64,000 bases of DNA from Auanema rhodensis (Eukaryota; Animalia; Nematoda), in contig OZ059900.1 of NCBI GenBank assembly GCA_964057225.1, positions 3,596,001 to 3,660,000 of the forward strand, written 5' to 3'. Under the pieces are notes generated by a model. The model was not told the DNA's origin and made no database searches. It saw only the letters and a program-made list of their open reading frames with translations. Positions 10,985-27,214 of the stretch are shown here, one piece after another (position 1 is the first letter of the stretch; every line of letters begins with the position of its first letter). A program made the position numbers and the translations under genes.

Positions 10985-13900
10985 AAATTTACGAGTATTA
11001 CAGATTTTGTACCAAAAATCGGTGAGTATATGGTGTTAAAGGCATAAAAACGACCATACTTAGTGTAGTAATGCTATTTGAGCGAAATTCAGTATTTAAA
11101 CATCACTAGCGTTTAATTGATGACTTTTGTTGTCATAGACATTAAAACTATGCTTTTGATCATATAAATGAGCGATTTAGCCAAATTAGACTCAAAACTC
11201 GGAAATTTCAAAAATTCTTTCTATTTTCGACCTTTTTTGATCAAAATGAATATATATCAGTGCAAACTCATAAAAATAGACTGATTTTGTGTATTGTATG
11301 TTTGATTCTCAAATCTTAACGAATATGATCGAAATTTACGAGTATTACAGATTTTGTACCAAAAATCGGTGAGTATATGGTGTTAAAGGCATAAAAACGA
11401 CCATACTTAGTGTAGTAATGCTATTTGAGCGAAATTCAGTATTTAAACATCACTAGCGTTTAATTGATGACTTTTGTTATCATAGACAGTAAAACTATGC
11501 TTTTGATCATATATATGAGCGATTTAGCCCCATTGGACTCAAAACTCGGAAAATTCAAAAATTCTTCTATTTTCGACCTTTTTTGATCAAAATGAATATA
11601 TATCAGTGCAAACTCATAAAAATAGACTGATTTTGTTTATTGTGTGTTTGATTTTCAAATCTTAACGAATATGATCAAAATTTACGAGTATTACAGATTT
11701 TGTACCAAAAATCGGTGAGTATATGGTGTTAAAGGCATAAAAACGACCATACTTAGTGTAGTAATGCTATTTGAGCGAAATTCAGTATTTAAACATCACT
11801 AGCGTTTAATTGATGACTTTTGTTGTCATAGACATTAAAACTATGCTTTTGATCATATAAATGAGCGATTTAGCCAAATTAGACTCAAAACTCGGAAATT
11901 TCAAAAATTCTTTCTATTTTCGACCTTTTTTGATCAAAATGAATATATATCAGTGCAAACTCATAAAAATAGACTGATTTTGTGTATTGTATGTTTGATT
12001 CTCAAATCTTAACGAATATGATCGAAATTTACGAGTATTACAGATTTTGTACCAAAAATCGGTGAGTATATGGTGTTAAAGGCATAAAAACGACCATACT
12101 TAGTGTAGTAATGCTATTTGAGCGAAATTCAGTATTTAAACATCACTAGCGTTTAATTGATGACTTTTGTTGTCATAGACATTAAAACTATGCTTTTGAT
12201 CATATAAATGAGCGATTTAGCCAAATTAGACTCAAAACTCGGAAAATTCAAAAATTCTTTCTATTTTCGACCTTTTTTGATCAAAATGAATATATATCAG
12301 TGCAAACTCGTAAAATCAAACTTATTTCGTGTATTGTATGTTTGATTCTCAAATCTTAAAGAATATGATCGAAATTTACGAGTATTACAGATTTTGTACC
12401 AAAAATCGGTGAGTATATGGTGTTAAAGGCATAAAAACGACCATACTTAGTGTAGTAATGCTATTTGAGCGAAATTCAGTATTTAAACATCACTAGCGTT
12501 TAATTGATGACTTTTGTTGTCATAGACATTAAAACTATGCTTTTGATCATATAAATGAGCGATTTAGCCAAATTAGACTCAAAACTCGGAAATTTCAAAA
12601 ATTCTTTCTATTTTCGACCTTTTTTGATCAAAATGAATATATATCAGTGCAAACTCATAAAAATAGACTGATTTTGTGTATTGTATGTTTGATTCTCAAA
12701 TCTTAACGAATATGATCGAAATTTACGAGTATTACAGATTTTGTACCAAAAATCGGTGAGTATATGGTGTTAAAGGCATAAAAACGACCATACTTAGTGT
12801 AGTAATGCTATTTGAGCGAAATTCAGTATTTAAACATCACTAGCGTTTAATTGATGACTTTTGTTATCATAGACAGTAAAACTATGCTTTTGATCATATA
12901 TATGAGCGATTTAGCCCCATTGGACTCAAAACTCGGAAAATTCAAAAATTCTTCTATTTTCGACCTTTTTTGATCAAAATGAATATATATCAGTGCAAAC
13001 TCATAAAAATAGACTGATTTTGTTTATTGTGTGTTTGATTTTCAAATCTTAACGAATATGATCAAAATTTACGAGTATTACAGATTTTGTACCAAAAATC
13101 GGTGAGTATATGGTGTTAAAGGCATAAAAACGACCATACTTAGTGTAGTAATGCTATTTGAGCGAAATTCAGTATTTAAACATCACTAGCGTTTAATTGA
13201 TGACTTTTGTTGTCATAGACATTAAAACTATGCTTTTGATCATATAAATGAGCGATTTAGCCAAATTAGACTCAAAACTCGGAAATTTCAAAAATTCTTT
13301 CTATTTTCGACCTTTTTTGATCAAAATGAATATATATCAGTGCAAACTCATAAAAATAGACTGATTTTGTGTATTGTATGTTTGATTCTCAAATCTTAAC
13401 GAATATGATCGAAATTTACGAGTATTACAGATTTTGTACCAAAAATCGGTGAGTATATGGTGTTAAAGGCATAAAAACGACCATACTTAGTGTAGTAATG
13501 CTATTTGAGCGAAATTCAGTATTTAAACATCACTAGCGTTTAATTGATGACTTTTGTTGTCATAGACATTAAAACTATGCTTTTGATCATATAAATGAGC
13601 GATTTAGCCAAATTAGACTCAAAACTCGGAAAATTCAAAAATTCTTTCTATTTTCGACCTTTTTTGATCAAAATGAATATATATCAGTGCAAACTCGTAA
13701 AATCAAACTTATTTCGTGTATTGTATGTTTGATTCTCAAATCTTAAAGAATATGATCGAAATTTACGAGTATTACAGATTTTGTACCAAAAATCGGTGAG
13801 TATATGGTGTTAAAGGCATAAAAACGACCATACTTAGTGTAGTAATGCTATTTGAGCGAAATTCAGTATTTAAACATCACTAGCGTTTAATTGATGACTT

Positions 13901-14250
13901 TTGTTGTCATAGACATTAAAACTATGCTTTTGATCATATAAATGAGCGATTTAGCCAAATTAGACTCAAAACTCGGAAATTTCAAAAATTCTTTCTATTT
14001 TCGACCTTTTTTGATCAAAATGAATATATATCAGTGCAAACTCATAAAAATAGACTGATTTTGTGTATTGTATGTTTGATTCTCAAATCTTAACGAATAT
14101 GATCGAAATTTACGAGTATTACAGATTTTGTACCAAAAATCGGTGAGTATATGGTGTTAAAGGCATAAAAACGACCATACTTAGTGTAGTAATGCTATTT
14201 GAGCGAAATTCAGTATTTAAACATCACTAGCGTTTAATTGATGACTTTTG
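10985..14250. repeat. Tandem 4-monomer duplication, period 1387 bp (~2.3 copies)
   Basis: Chimeric gatgacttttgttatcatagacagt monomer near 11466 and 12853; taaaatcaaac at 12311 and 13698. Confidence 0.8.
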
Positions 14251-17200
14251 TTGTCATAGACATTAAAACTATGCTTTTGATCATATAAATGAGCGATTTA
14301 GCCAAATTAGACTCAAAACTCGGAAAATTCAAAAATTCTTCTATTTTCGACCTTTTTTGATCAAAATGAATATATATCAGTGCAAACTCATAAAAATAGA
14401 CTGATTTTGTTTATTGTGTGTTTGATTTTCAAATCTTAACGAATATGATCAAAATTTACGAGTATTACAGATTTTGTACCAAAAATCGGTGAGTATATGG
14501 TGTTAAAGGCATAAAAACGACCATACTTAGTGTAGTAATGCTATTTGAGCGAAAATCAGTATTTAAACATCACTAGCGTTTAATTGATGATTTTTGTTGT
14601 CATAGACAATAAAACTATGCTTCTGATCATATAAATGAGCGATTTAGCCAAATTAGACTCAAAACTCGGAAATTTCAAAAATTCTTTCTATTTTCGACCT
14701 TTTTTGATCAAAATGAATATATATCAGTGCAAGCTCATAAAAATAGACTGATTTTGTGTATTGTATGTTTGATTCTCAAATCTTAACGAATATGATCGAA
14801 ATTTACGAGTATTACAGATTTTGTACCAAAAATCGGTGAGTATATGGTGTTAAAGGCATAAAAACGACCATACTTAGTGTAGTAATGCTATTTGAGCGAA
14901 ATTCAGTATTTAAACATCACTAGCGTTTAATTGATGACTTTTGTTGTCATAGACATTAAAACTATGCTTTTGATCATATAAATGAGCGATTTAGCCAAAT
15001 TAGACTCAAAACTCGGAAATTTCAAAAATTCTTTCTATTTTCGACCTTTTTTGATCAAAATGAATATATATCAGTGCAAACTCATAAAAATAGACTGATT
15101 TTGTGTATTGTATGTTTGATTCTCAAATCTTAAAGAATATGATCGAAATTTACGAGTATTACAGATTTTGTACCAAAAATCGGTGAGTATATGGTGTTAA
15201 AGGCATAAAAACGACCATACATAGTGTAGTAATGCTATTTGAGTGAAATTCAGTGATTAAATCATTATTAGTGTATATTTGAAGACTTTTGTTATCATAG
15301 ACAGTAAAACTATGCTTTTGATCATATATATGAGCGATTTAGCCCAATTCGACTCAAAACTCGGAAAATTCAAAAATTCTTTCTATTTTCGACCTTTTTT
15401 GATCAAAATGAATATATATCAGTGCAAACTCATAAAAATAGACTGATTTTGTTTATTGTGTGTTTGATTTTCAAATCTTAACGAATATGATCAAAATTTA
15501 CGAGTATTACAGATTTTGTACCAAAAATCGGTGAGTATATGGTGTTAAAGGCATAAAAACGACCATACTTAGTGTAGTAATGCTATTTGAGCGAAATTCA
15601 GTATTTAAACATCACTAGCGTTTAATTGATGACTTTTGTTGTCATAGACATTAAAACTATGCTTTTGATCATATATATGAGCGATTTAGCCAAATTAGAC
15701 TCAAAACTCGGAAATTTCAAAAATTCTTTCTATTTTCGACCTTTTTTGATCAAAATGAATAAATATCAGTGCAAACTCGTAAAAATAGACTGATTTTGTG
15801 TATTGTATGTTTGATTCTCAAATCTTAACGAATATGATCAAAATTTACGAGTATTACAGATTTTGTACCAAAAATCGGTGAGTATATGGTGTTAAAGGCA
15901 TAAAAACGACCATACTTAGTGTAGTAATGCTATTTGAGCGAAATTCAGTATTTAAACATTACTAGCGTTTAATTGATGACTTTTGTTGTTATAGACAATA
16001 AAACTATGTTTTTGATCATATATATGAGCGATTTAGCCAAATTGGACTCAAAACTCGGAAATTTCAAAAATTCTTTCTATTTTCGACCTTTTTTGATCAA
16101 AATGAATAAATATCAGTGCAAACTTGTAAAAATAGACTTATTTTGTGTATTATGTGTTTGATTCTCGAATCTTAACAAATATGATCAAAATTTACAAGTA
16201 TTACAGATTTTGTACCAAAAATCGGTGAGTATATGGTGTTAAAGGCATAAAAACGACCATACTTAGTGTAGTAATGCTATTTGAGTGAAATTCAGTGATT
16301 TAATCATTATTAGTGTATATTTGAAGACTTTTGTTATCATAGACAGTAAAACTATGCTTTTGATCATATATATGAGCGATTTAGCCCAATTCGACTCAAA
16401 ACTCGGAAAATTCAAAAATTCTTTCTATTTTCGACCTTTTTTGATGAAAATGAATATATATCAGTGTAAACTCATAAAAATAGACTGATTTTGTGTATTG
16501 TGTGTTTGATTCTCAAATCTTAACAAATATGATCAAATTTTACGAGTATTACAGATTTTGTACCAAAAATCGGTGAGTATATGGTGTTAAAGGCATAAAA
16601 ACGACCATACTTAGTGTAGTAATGCTATTTGAGCGAAAATCAGTATTTAAACATCACTAGCGTTTAATTGAAGATTTTTGTTGTCATAGACAATAAAACT
16701 ATGCTTCTGATCATATATATGAGCGATTTAGCCAAATTAGACTCAAAACTCGGAAATTTCAAAAATTCTTTCTATTTTCGACCTTTTTTGATCAAAATGA
16801 ATAAATATCAGTGCAAACTCATAAAAATAGACTTATTCCGTGTATTATGTGTTTGTTTCTCGAATCTTAACGAATATGATCAAAATTTACAAGTATTACA
16901 GATTTTGTACCAAAAATCGGTGAGTATATGGTGTTAAAGGCATAAAAACGACCATACTTAGTGTAGTAATGCATTTGAGTGAAATTCAGTGATTTACACA
17001 TTATTAGTGTATATTTGAAGACTTTTGTTATCATAGACAGTAAAACTATGCTTTTGATCATATATATGAGCGATTTAGCCCCATTGGACTCAAAACTCGG
17101 AAAATTCAAAAATTCTTCTATTTTCGACCTTTTTTGATCAAAATGAATATATATCAGTGCAAACTCATAAAAATAGACTGATTTTGTTTATTGTGTGTTT

Positions 17201-20200
17201 GATTTTCAAATCTTAACGAATATGATCAAAATTTACGAGTATTACAGATTTTGTACCAAAAATCGGTGAGTATATGGTGTTAAAGGCATAAAAACGACCA
17301 TACTTAGTGTAGTAATGCTATTTGAGCGAAAATCAGTATTTAAACATCACTAGCGTTTAATTGATGATTTTTGTTGTCATAGACAATAAAACTATGCTTC
17401 TGATCATATAAATGAGCGATTTAGCCAAATTAGACTCAAAACTCGGAAATTTCAAAAATTCTTTCTATTTTCGACCTTTTTTGATCAAAATGAATATATA
17501 TCAGTGCAAGCTCATAAAAATAGACTGATTTTGTGTATTGTATGTTTGATTCTCAAATCTTAACGAATATGATCGAAATTTACGAGTATTACAGATTTTG
17601 TACCAAAAATCGGTGAGTATATGGTGTTAAAGGCATAAAAACGACCATACTTAGTGTAGTAATGCTATTTGAGCGAAATTCAGTATTTAAACATCACTAG
17701 CGTTTAATTGATGACTTTTGTTGTCATAGACATTAAAACTATGCTTTTGATCATATAAATGAGCGATTTAGCCAAATTAGACTCAAAACTCGGAAATTTC
17801 AAAAATTCTTTCTATTTTCGACCTTTTTTGATCAAAATGAATATATATCAGTGCAAACTCATAAAAATAGACTGATTTTGTGTATTGTATATTTGATTCT
17901 CAAATCTTAAAGAATATGATCGAAATTTACGAGTATTACAGATTTTGTACCAAAAATCGGTGAGTATATGGTGTTAAAGGCATAAAAACGACCATACTTA
18001 GTGTAGTAATGCTATTTGAGTGAAATTCAGTGATTTAATCATTATTAGTGTATATTTGAAGACTTTTGTTATCATAGACAGTAAAACTATGCTTTTGATC
18101 ATATATATGAGCGATTTAGCCCAATTCGACTCAAAACTCGGAAAATTCAAAAATTCTTTCTATTTTCGACCTTTTTTGATGAAAATGAATATATATCAGT
18201 GTAAACTCATAAAAATAGACTGATTTTGTGTATTGTGTGTTTGATTCTCAAATCTTAACAAATATGATCAAATTTTACGAGTATTACAGATTTTGTACCA
18301 AAAATCGGTGAGTATATGGTGTTAAAGGCATAAAAACGACCATACTTAGTGTAGTAATGCTATTTGAGCGAAAATCAGTATTTAAACATCACTAGCGTTT
18401 AATTGAAGATTTTTGTTGTCATAGACAATAAAACTATGCTTCTGATCATATATATGAGCGATTTAGCCAAATTAGACTCAAAACTCGGAAATTTCAAAAA
18501 TTCTTTCTATTTTCGACCTTTTTTGATCAAAATGAATAAATATCAGTGCAAACTCATAAAAATAGACTTATTTCGTGTATTATGTGTTTGTTTCTCGAAT
18601 CTTAACGAATATGATCAAAATTTACAAGTATTACAGATTTTGTACCAAAAATCGGTGAGTATATGGTGTTAAAGGCATAAAAACGACCATACTTAGTGTA
18701 GTAATGCATTTGAGTGAAATTCAGTGATTTACACATTATTAGTGTATATTTGAAGACTTTTGTTATCATAGACAGTAAAACTATGCTTTTGATCATATAT
18801 ATGAGCGATTTAGCCCCATTGGACTCAAAACTCGGAAAATTCAAAAATTCTTCTATTTTCGACCTTTTTTGATCAAAATGAATATATATCAGTGCAAACT
18901 CATAAAAATAGACTTATTCCGTGTATTATGTGTTTGTTTCTCGAATCTTAACGAATATGATCAAAATTTACAAGTATTACAGATTTTGTACCAAAAATCG
19001 GTGAGTATATGGTGTTAAAGGCATAAAAACGACCATACTTAGTGTAGTAATGCATTTGAGTGAAATTCAGTGATTTACACATTATTAGTGTATATTTGAA
19101 GACTTTTGTTATCATAGACAGTAAAACTATGCTTTTGATCATATATATGAGCGATTTAGCCCCATTGGACTCAAAACTCGGAAAATTCAAAAATTCTTCT
19201 ATTTTCGACCTTTTTTGATCAAAATGAATATATATCAGTGCAAACTCATAAAAATAGACTGATTTTGTTTATTGTGTGTTTGATTTTCAAATCTTAACGA
19301 ATATGATCAAAATTTACGAGTATTACAGATTTTGTACCAAAAATCGGTGAGTATATGGTGTTAAAGGCATAAAAACGACCATACTTAGTGTAGTAATGCT
19401 ATTTGAGCGAAAATCAGTATTTAAACATCACTAGCGTTTAATTGATGATTTTTGTTGTCATAGACAATAAAACTATGCTTCTGATCATATAAATGAGCGA
19501 TTTAGCCAAATTAGACTCAAAACTCGGAAATTTCAAAAATTCTTTCTATTTTCGACCTTTTTTGATCAAAATGAATATATATCAGTGCAAGCTCATAAAA
19601 ATAGACTGATTTTGTGTATTGTATGTTTGATTCTCAAATCTTAACGAATATGATCGAAATTTACGAGTATTACAGATTTTGTACCAAAAATCGGTGAGTA
19701 TATGGTGTTAAAGGCATAAAAACGACCATACTTAGTGTAGTAATGCTATTTGAGCGAAATTCAGTATTTAAACATCACTAGCGTTTAATTGATGACTTTT
19801 GTTGTCATAGACATTAAAACAATGCTTTTGATCATATAAATGAGCGATTTAGCCAAATTAGACTCAAAACTCGGAAATTTCAAAAATTCTTTCTATTTTC
19901 GACCTTTTTTGATCAAAATGAATATATATCAGTGCAAACTCATAAAAATAGACTGATTTTGTGTATTGTATATTTGATTCTCAAATCTTAAAGAATATGA
20001 TCGAAATTTACGAGTATTACAGATTTTGTACCAAAAATCGGTGAGTATATGGTGTTAAAGGCATAAAAACGACCATACTTAGTGTAGTAATGCTATTTGA
20101 GTGAAATTCAGTGATTTAATCATTATTAGTGTATATTTGAAGACTTTTGTTATCATAGACAGTAAAACTATGCTTTTGATCATATATATGAGCGATTTAG

Positions 20201-23200
20201 CCCAATTCGACTCAAAACTCGGAAAATTCAAAAATTCTTTCTATTTTCGACCTTTTTTGATGAAAATGAATATATATCAGTGTAAACTCATAAAAATAGA
20301 CTGATTTTGTGTATTGTGTGTTTGATTCTCAAATCTTAACAAATATGATCAAATTTTACGAGTATTACAGATTTTGTACCAAAAATCGGTGAGTATATGG
20401 TGTTAAAGGCATAAAAACGACCATACTTAGTGTAGTAATGCTATTTGAGCGAAAATCAGTATTTAAACATCACCAGCGTTTAATTGAAGATTTTTGTTGT
20501 CATAGACAATAAAACTATGCTTCTGATCATATATATGAGCGATTTAGCCAAATTAGACTCAAAACTCGGAAATTTCAAAAATTCTTTCTATTTTCGACCT
20601 TTTTTGATCAAAATGAATAAATATCAGTGCAAACTCATAAAAATAGACTTATTTCGTGTATTATGTGTTTGTTTCTCGAATCTTAACGAATATGATCAAA
20701 ATTTACAAGTATTACAGATTTTGTACCAAAAATCGGTGAGTATATGGTGTTAAAGGCATAAAAACGACCATACTTAGTGTAGTAATGCATTTGAGTGAAA
20801 TTCAGTGATTTACACATTATTAGTGTATATTTGAAGACTTTTGTTATCATAGACAGTAAAACTATGCTTTTGATCATATATATGAGCGATTTAGCCCCAT
20901 TGGACTCAAAACTCGGAAAATTCAAAAATTCTTCTATTTTCGACCTTTTTTGATCAAAATGAATATATATCAGTGCAAACTCATAAAAATAGACTGATTT
21001 TGTTTATTGTGTGTTTGATTTTCAAATCTTAACGAATATGATCAAAATTTACGAGTATTACAGATTTTGTACCAAAAATCGGTGAGTATATGGTGTTAAA
21101 GGCATAAAAACGACCATACTTAGTGTAGTAATGCTATTTGAGCGAAAATCAGTATTTAAACATCACTAGCGTTTAATTGATGATTTTTGTTGTCATAGAC
21201 AATAAAACTATGCTTCTGATCATATAAATGAGCGATTTAGCCAAATTAGACTCAAAACTCGGAAATTTCAAAAATTCTTTCTATTTTCGACCTTTTTTGA
21301 TCAAAATGAATATATATCAGTGCAAGCTCATAAAAATAGACTGATTTTGTGTATTGTATGTTTGATTCTCAAATCTTAACGAATATGATCGAAATTTACG
21401 AGTATTACAGATTTTGTACCAAAAATCGGTGAGTATATGGTGTTAAAGGCATAAAAACGACCATACTTAGTGTAGTAATGCTATTTGAGCGAAATTCAGT
21501 ATTTAAACATCACTAGCGTTTAATTGATGACTTTTGTTGTCATAGACATTAAAACTATGCTTTTGATCATATAAATGAGCGATTTAGCCAAATTAGACTC
21601 AAAACTCGGAAATTTCAAAAATTCTTTCTATTTTCGACCTTTTTTGATCAAAATGAATATATATCAGTGCAAACTCATAAAAATAGACTGATTTTGTGTA
21701 TTGTATGTTTGATTCTCAAATCTTAAAGAATATGATCGAAATTTACGAGTATTACAGATTTTGTACCAAAAATCGGTGAGTATATGGTGTTAAAGGCATA
21801 AAAAAGACCATACATAGTGTAGTAATGCTATTTGAGTGAAATTCAGTGATTTAATCATTATTAGTGTATATTTGAAGACTTTTGTTATCATAGACAGTAA
21901 AACTATGCTTTTGATCATATATATGAGCGATTTAGCCCAATTCGACTCAAAACTCGGAAAATTCAAAAATTCTTTCTATTTTCGACCTTTTTTGATGAAA
22001 ATGAATATATATCAGTGTAAACTCATAAAAATAGACTGATTTTGTGTATTGTGTGTTTGATTCTCAAATCTTAACAAATATGATCAAATTTTACGAGTAT
22101 TACAGATTTTGTACCAAAAATCGGTGAGTATATGGTGTTAAAGGCATAAAAACGACCATACTTAGTGTAGTAATGCTATTTGAGCGAAAATCAGTATTTA
22201 AACATCACCAGCGTTTAATTGAAGATTTTTGTTGTCATAGACAATAAAACTATGCTTCTGATCATATATATGAGCGATTTAGCCAAATTAGACTCAAAAC
22301 TCGGAAATTTCAAAAATTCTTTCTATTTTCGACCTTTTTTGATCAAAATGAATAAATATCAGTGCAAACTCATAAAAATAGACTTATTTCGTGTATTATG
22401 TGTTTGTTTCTCGAATCTTAACGAATATGATCAAAATTTACAAGTATTACAGATTTTGTACCAAAAATCGGTGAGTATATGGTGTTAAAGGCATAAAAAC
22501 GACCATACTTAGTGTAGTAATGCATTTGAGTGAAATTCAGTGATTTACACATTATTAGTGTATATTTGAAGACTTTTGTTATCATAGACAGTAAAACTAT
22601 GCTTTTGATCATATATATGAGCGATTTAGCCCCATTGGACTCAAAACTCGGAAAATTCAAAAATTCTTCTATTTTCGACCTTTTTTGATCAAAATGAATA
22701 TATATCAGTGCAAACTCATAAAAATAGACTGATTTTGTTTATTGTGTGTTTGATTTTCAAATCTTAACGAATATGATCAAAATTTACGAGTATTACAGAT
22801 TTTGTACCAAAAATCGGTGAGTATATGGTGTTAAAGGCATAAAAACGACCATACTTAGTGTAGTAATGCTATTTGAGCGAAAATCAGTATTTAAACATCA
22901 CTAGCGTTTAATTGATGATTTTTGTTGTCATAGACAATAAAACTATGCTTCTGATCATATAAATGAGCGATTTAGCCAAATTAGACTCAAAACTCGGAAA
23001 TTTCAAAAATTCTTTCTATTTTCGACCTTTTTTGATCAAAATGAATATATATCAGTGCAAGCTCATAAAAATAGACTGATTTTGTGTATTGTATGTTTGA
23101 TTCTCAAATCTTAACGAATATGATCGAAATTTACGAGTATTACAGATTTTGTACCAAAAATCGGTGAGTATATGGTGTTAAAGGCATAAAAACGACCATA

Positions 23201-26200
23201 CTTAGTGTAGTAATGCTATTTGAGCGAAATTCAGTATTTAAACATCACTAGCGTTTAATTGATGACTTTTGTTGTCATAGACATTAAAACTATGCTTTTG
23301 ATCATATAAATGAGCGATTTAGCCAAATTAGACTCAAAACTCGGAAATTTCAAAAATTCTTTCTATTTTCGACCTTTTTTGATCAAAATGAATATATATC
23401 AGTGCAAACTCATAAAAATAGACTGATTTTGTGTATTGTATGTTTGATTCTCAAATCTTAAAGAATATGATCGAAATTTACGAGTATTACAGATTTTGTA
23501 CCAAAAATCGGTGAGTATATGGTGTTAAAGGCATAAAAACGACCATACATAGTGTAGTAATGCTCTTTGAGTGAAATTCAGTGATTAAATCATTATTAGT
23601 GTATATTTGAAGACTTTTGTTATCATAGACAGTAAAACTATGCTTTTGATCATATATATGAGCGATTTAGCCCAATTCGACTCAAAACTCGGAAAATTCA
23701 AAAATTCTTTCTATTTTCGACCTTTTTTGATCAAAATGAATATATATCAGTGCAAACTCATAAAAATAGACTGATTTTGTTTATTGTGTGTTTGAGTTTC
23801 AAATCTTAACGAATATGATCAAAATTTACGAGTATTACAGATTTTGTACCAAAAATCGGTGAGTATATGGTGTTAAAGGCATAAAAACGACCATACTTAG
23901 TGTAGTAATGCTATTTGAGCGAAATTCAGTATTTAAACATCACTAGCGTTTAATTGATGACTTTTGTTGTCATAGACATTAAAACTATGCTTTTGATCAT
24001 ATAAATGAGCGATTTAGCCAAATTAGACTCAAAACTCGGAAATTTCAAAAATTCTTTCTATTTTCGACCTTTTTTGATCAAAATGAATAAATATCAGTGC
24101 AAACTCGTAAAAATAAACTTATTTCGTGTATTGTGTGTTTGATTCTCGAATCTCACCGAATATGATCAAAATTTACGAGTATCACAGATTTTGTACCAAA
24201 AATCGGTGAGTATATGGTGTTAAAGGCATAAAAACGACCATACTTAGTGTAGTAATGCTATTAGAGCGAAATTCAGTATTTAAACATCACTAGCGTTTAA
24301 TTGATGACTTTTGTTGTCATAGACATTGAAACTATGCTTTTGATCATATAAATGAGCGATTTAGCCAAATTAGACTCAAAACTCGGAAATTTCAAAAATT
24401 CTTTCTATTTTCGACCTTTTTTGATCAAAATGAATAAATATCAGTGCAAACTCGTAAAATCAAACTTATTTCGTGTATTGTATGTTTGATTCTCAAATCT
24501 TAAAGAATATGATCGAAATTTACGAGTATTACAGATTTTGTACCAAAAATCGGTGAGTATATGGTGTTAAAGGCATAAAAACGACCATACTTAGTGTAGT
24601 AATGCTATTTGAGTGAAATTCAGTGATTTAATCATTATTAGTGTATATTTGAAGACTTTTGTTATCATAGACAGTAAAACTATGCTTTTGATCATATATA
24701 TGAGCGATTTAGCCCAATTCGACTCAAAACTCGGAAAATTCAAAAATTCTTTCTATTTTCGACCTTTTTTGATGAAAATGAATATATATCAGTGTAAACT
24801 CATAAAAATAGACTGATTTTGTGTATTGTGTGTTTGATTCTCAAATCTTAACAAATATGATCAAATTTTACGAGTATTACAGATTTTGTACCAAAAATCG
24901 GTGAGTATATGGTGTTAAAGGCATAAAAACGACCATACTTAGTGTAGTAATGCTATTTGAGCGAAAATCAGTATTTAAACATCACTAGCGTTTAATTGAA
25001 GATTTTTGTTGTCATAGACAATAAAACTATGCTTCTGATCATATATATGAGCGATTTAGCCAAATTAGACTCAAAACTCGGAAATTTCAAAAATTCTTTC
25101 TATTTTCGACCTTTTTTGATCAAAATGAATAAATATCAGTGCAAACTCATAAAAATAGACTTATTTCGTGTATTATGTGTTTGTTTCTCGAATCTTAACG
25201 AATATGATCAAAATTTACAAGTATTACAGATTTTGTACCAAAAATCGGTGAGTATATGGTGTTAAAGGCATAAAAACGACCATACTTAGTGTAGTAATGC
25301 ATTTGAGTGAAATTCAGTGATTTACACATTATTAGTGTATATTTGAAGACTTTTGTTATCATAGACAGTAAAACTATGCTTTTGATCATATATATGAGCG
25401 ATTTAGCCCCATTGGACTCAAAACTCGGAAAATTCAAAAATTCTTCTATTTTCGACCTTTTTTGATCAAAATGAATATATATCAGTGCAAACTCATAAAA
25501 ATAGACTGATTTTGTTTATTGTGTGTTTGATTTTCAAATCTTAACGAATATGATCAAAATTTACGAGTATTACAGATTTTGTACCAAAAATCGGTGAGTA
25601 TATGGTGTTAAAGGCATAAAAACGACCATACTTAGTGTAGTAATGCTATTTGAGCGAAAATCAGTATTTAAACATCACTAGCGTTTAATTGATGATTTTT
25701 GTTGTCATAGACAATAAAACTATGCTTCTGATCATATAAATGAGCGATTTAGCCAAATTAGACTCAAAACTCGGAAATTTCAAAAATTCTTTCTATTTTC
25801 GACCTTTTTTGATCAAAATGAATATATATCAGTGCAAGCTCATAAAAATAGACTGATTTTGTGTATTGTATGTTTGATTCTCAAATCTTAACGAATATGA
25901 TCGAAATTTACGAGTATTACAGATTTTGTACCAAAAATCGGTGAGTATATGGTGTTAAAGGCATAAAAACGACCATACTTAGTGTAGTAATGCTATTTGA
26001 GCGAAATTCAGTATTTAAACATCACTAGCGTTTAATTGATGACTTTTGTTGTCATAGACATTAAAACTATGCTTTTGATCATATAAATGAGCGATTTAGC
26101 CAAATTAGACTCAAAACTCGGAAATTTCAAAAATTCTTTCTATTTTCGACCTTTTTTGATCAAAATGAATATATATCAGTGCAAACTCATAAAAATAGAC

Positions 26201-27214
26201 TGATTTTGTGTATTGTATGTTTGATTCTCAAATCTTAAAGAATATGATCGAAATTTACGAGTATTACAGATTTTGTACCAAAAATCGGTGAGTATATGGT
26301 GTTAAAGGCATAAAAACGACCATACATAGTGTAGTAATGCTATTTGAGTGAAATTCAGTGATTAAATCATTATTAGTGTATATTTGAAGACTTTTGTTAT
26401 CATAGACAGTAAAACTATGCTTTTGATCATATATATGAGCGATTTAGCCCAATTCGACTCAAAACTCGGAAAATTCAAAAATTCTTTCTATTTTCGACCT
26501 TTTTTGATCAAAATGAATATATATCAGTGCAAACTCATAAAAATAGACTGATTTTGTTTATTGTGTGTTTGATTTTCAAATCTTAACGAATATGATCAAA
26601 ATTTACGAGTATTACAGATTTTGTACCAAAAATCGGTGAGTATATGGTGTTAAAGGCATAAAAACGACCATACTTAGTGTAGTAATGCTATTTGAGCGAA
26701 ATTCAGTATTTAAACATCACTAGCGTTTAATTGATGACTTTTGTTGTCATAGACATTAAAACTATGCTTTTGATCATATAAATGAGCGATTTAGCCAAAT
26801 TAGACTCAAAACTCGGAAATTTCAAAAATTCTTTCTATTTTCGACCTTTTTTGATCAAAATGAATAAATATCAGTGCAAACTCGTAAAAATAAACTTATT
26901 TCGTGTATTGTGTGTTTGATTCTCGAATCTCACCGAATATGATCAAAATTTACGAGTATCACAGATTTTGTACCAAAAATCGGTGAGTATATGGTGTTAA
27001 AGGCATAAAAACGACCATACTTAGTGTAGTAATGCTATTTGAGCGAAAATCAGTATTTAAACATCACTAGCGTTTAATTGAAGATTTTTGTTGTCATAGA
27101 CAATAAAACTATGCTTCTGATCATATATATGAGCGATTTAGCCAAATTAGACTCAAAACTCGGAAATTTCAAAAATTCTTTCTATTTTCGACCTTTTTTG
27201 ATCAAAATGAATAA

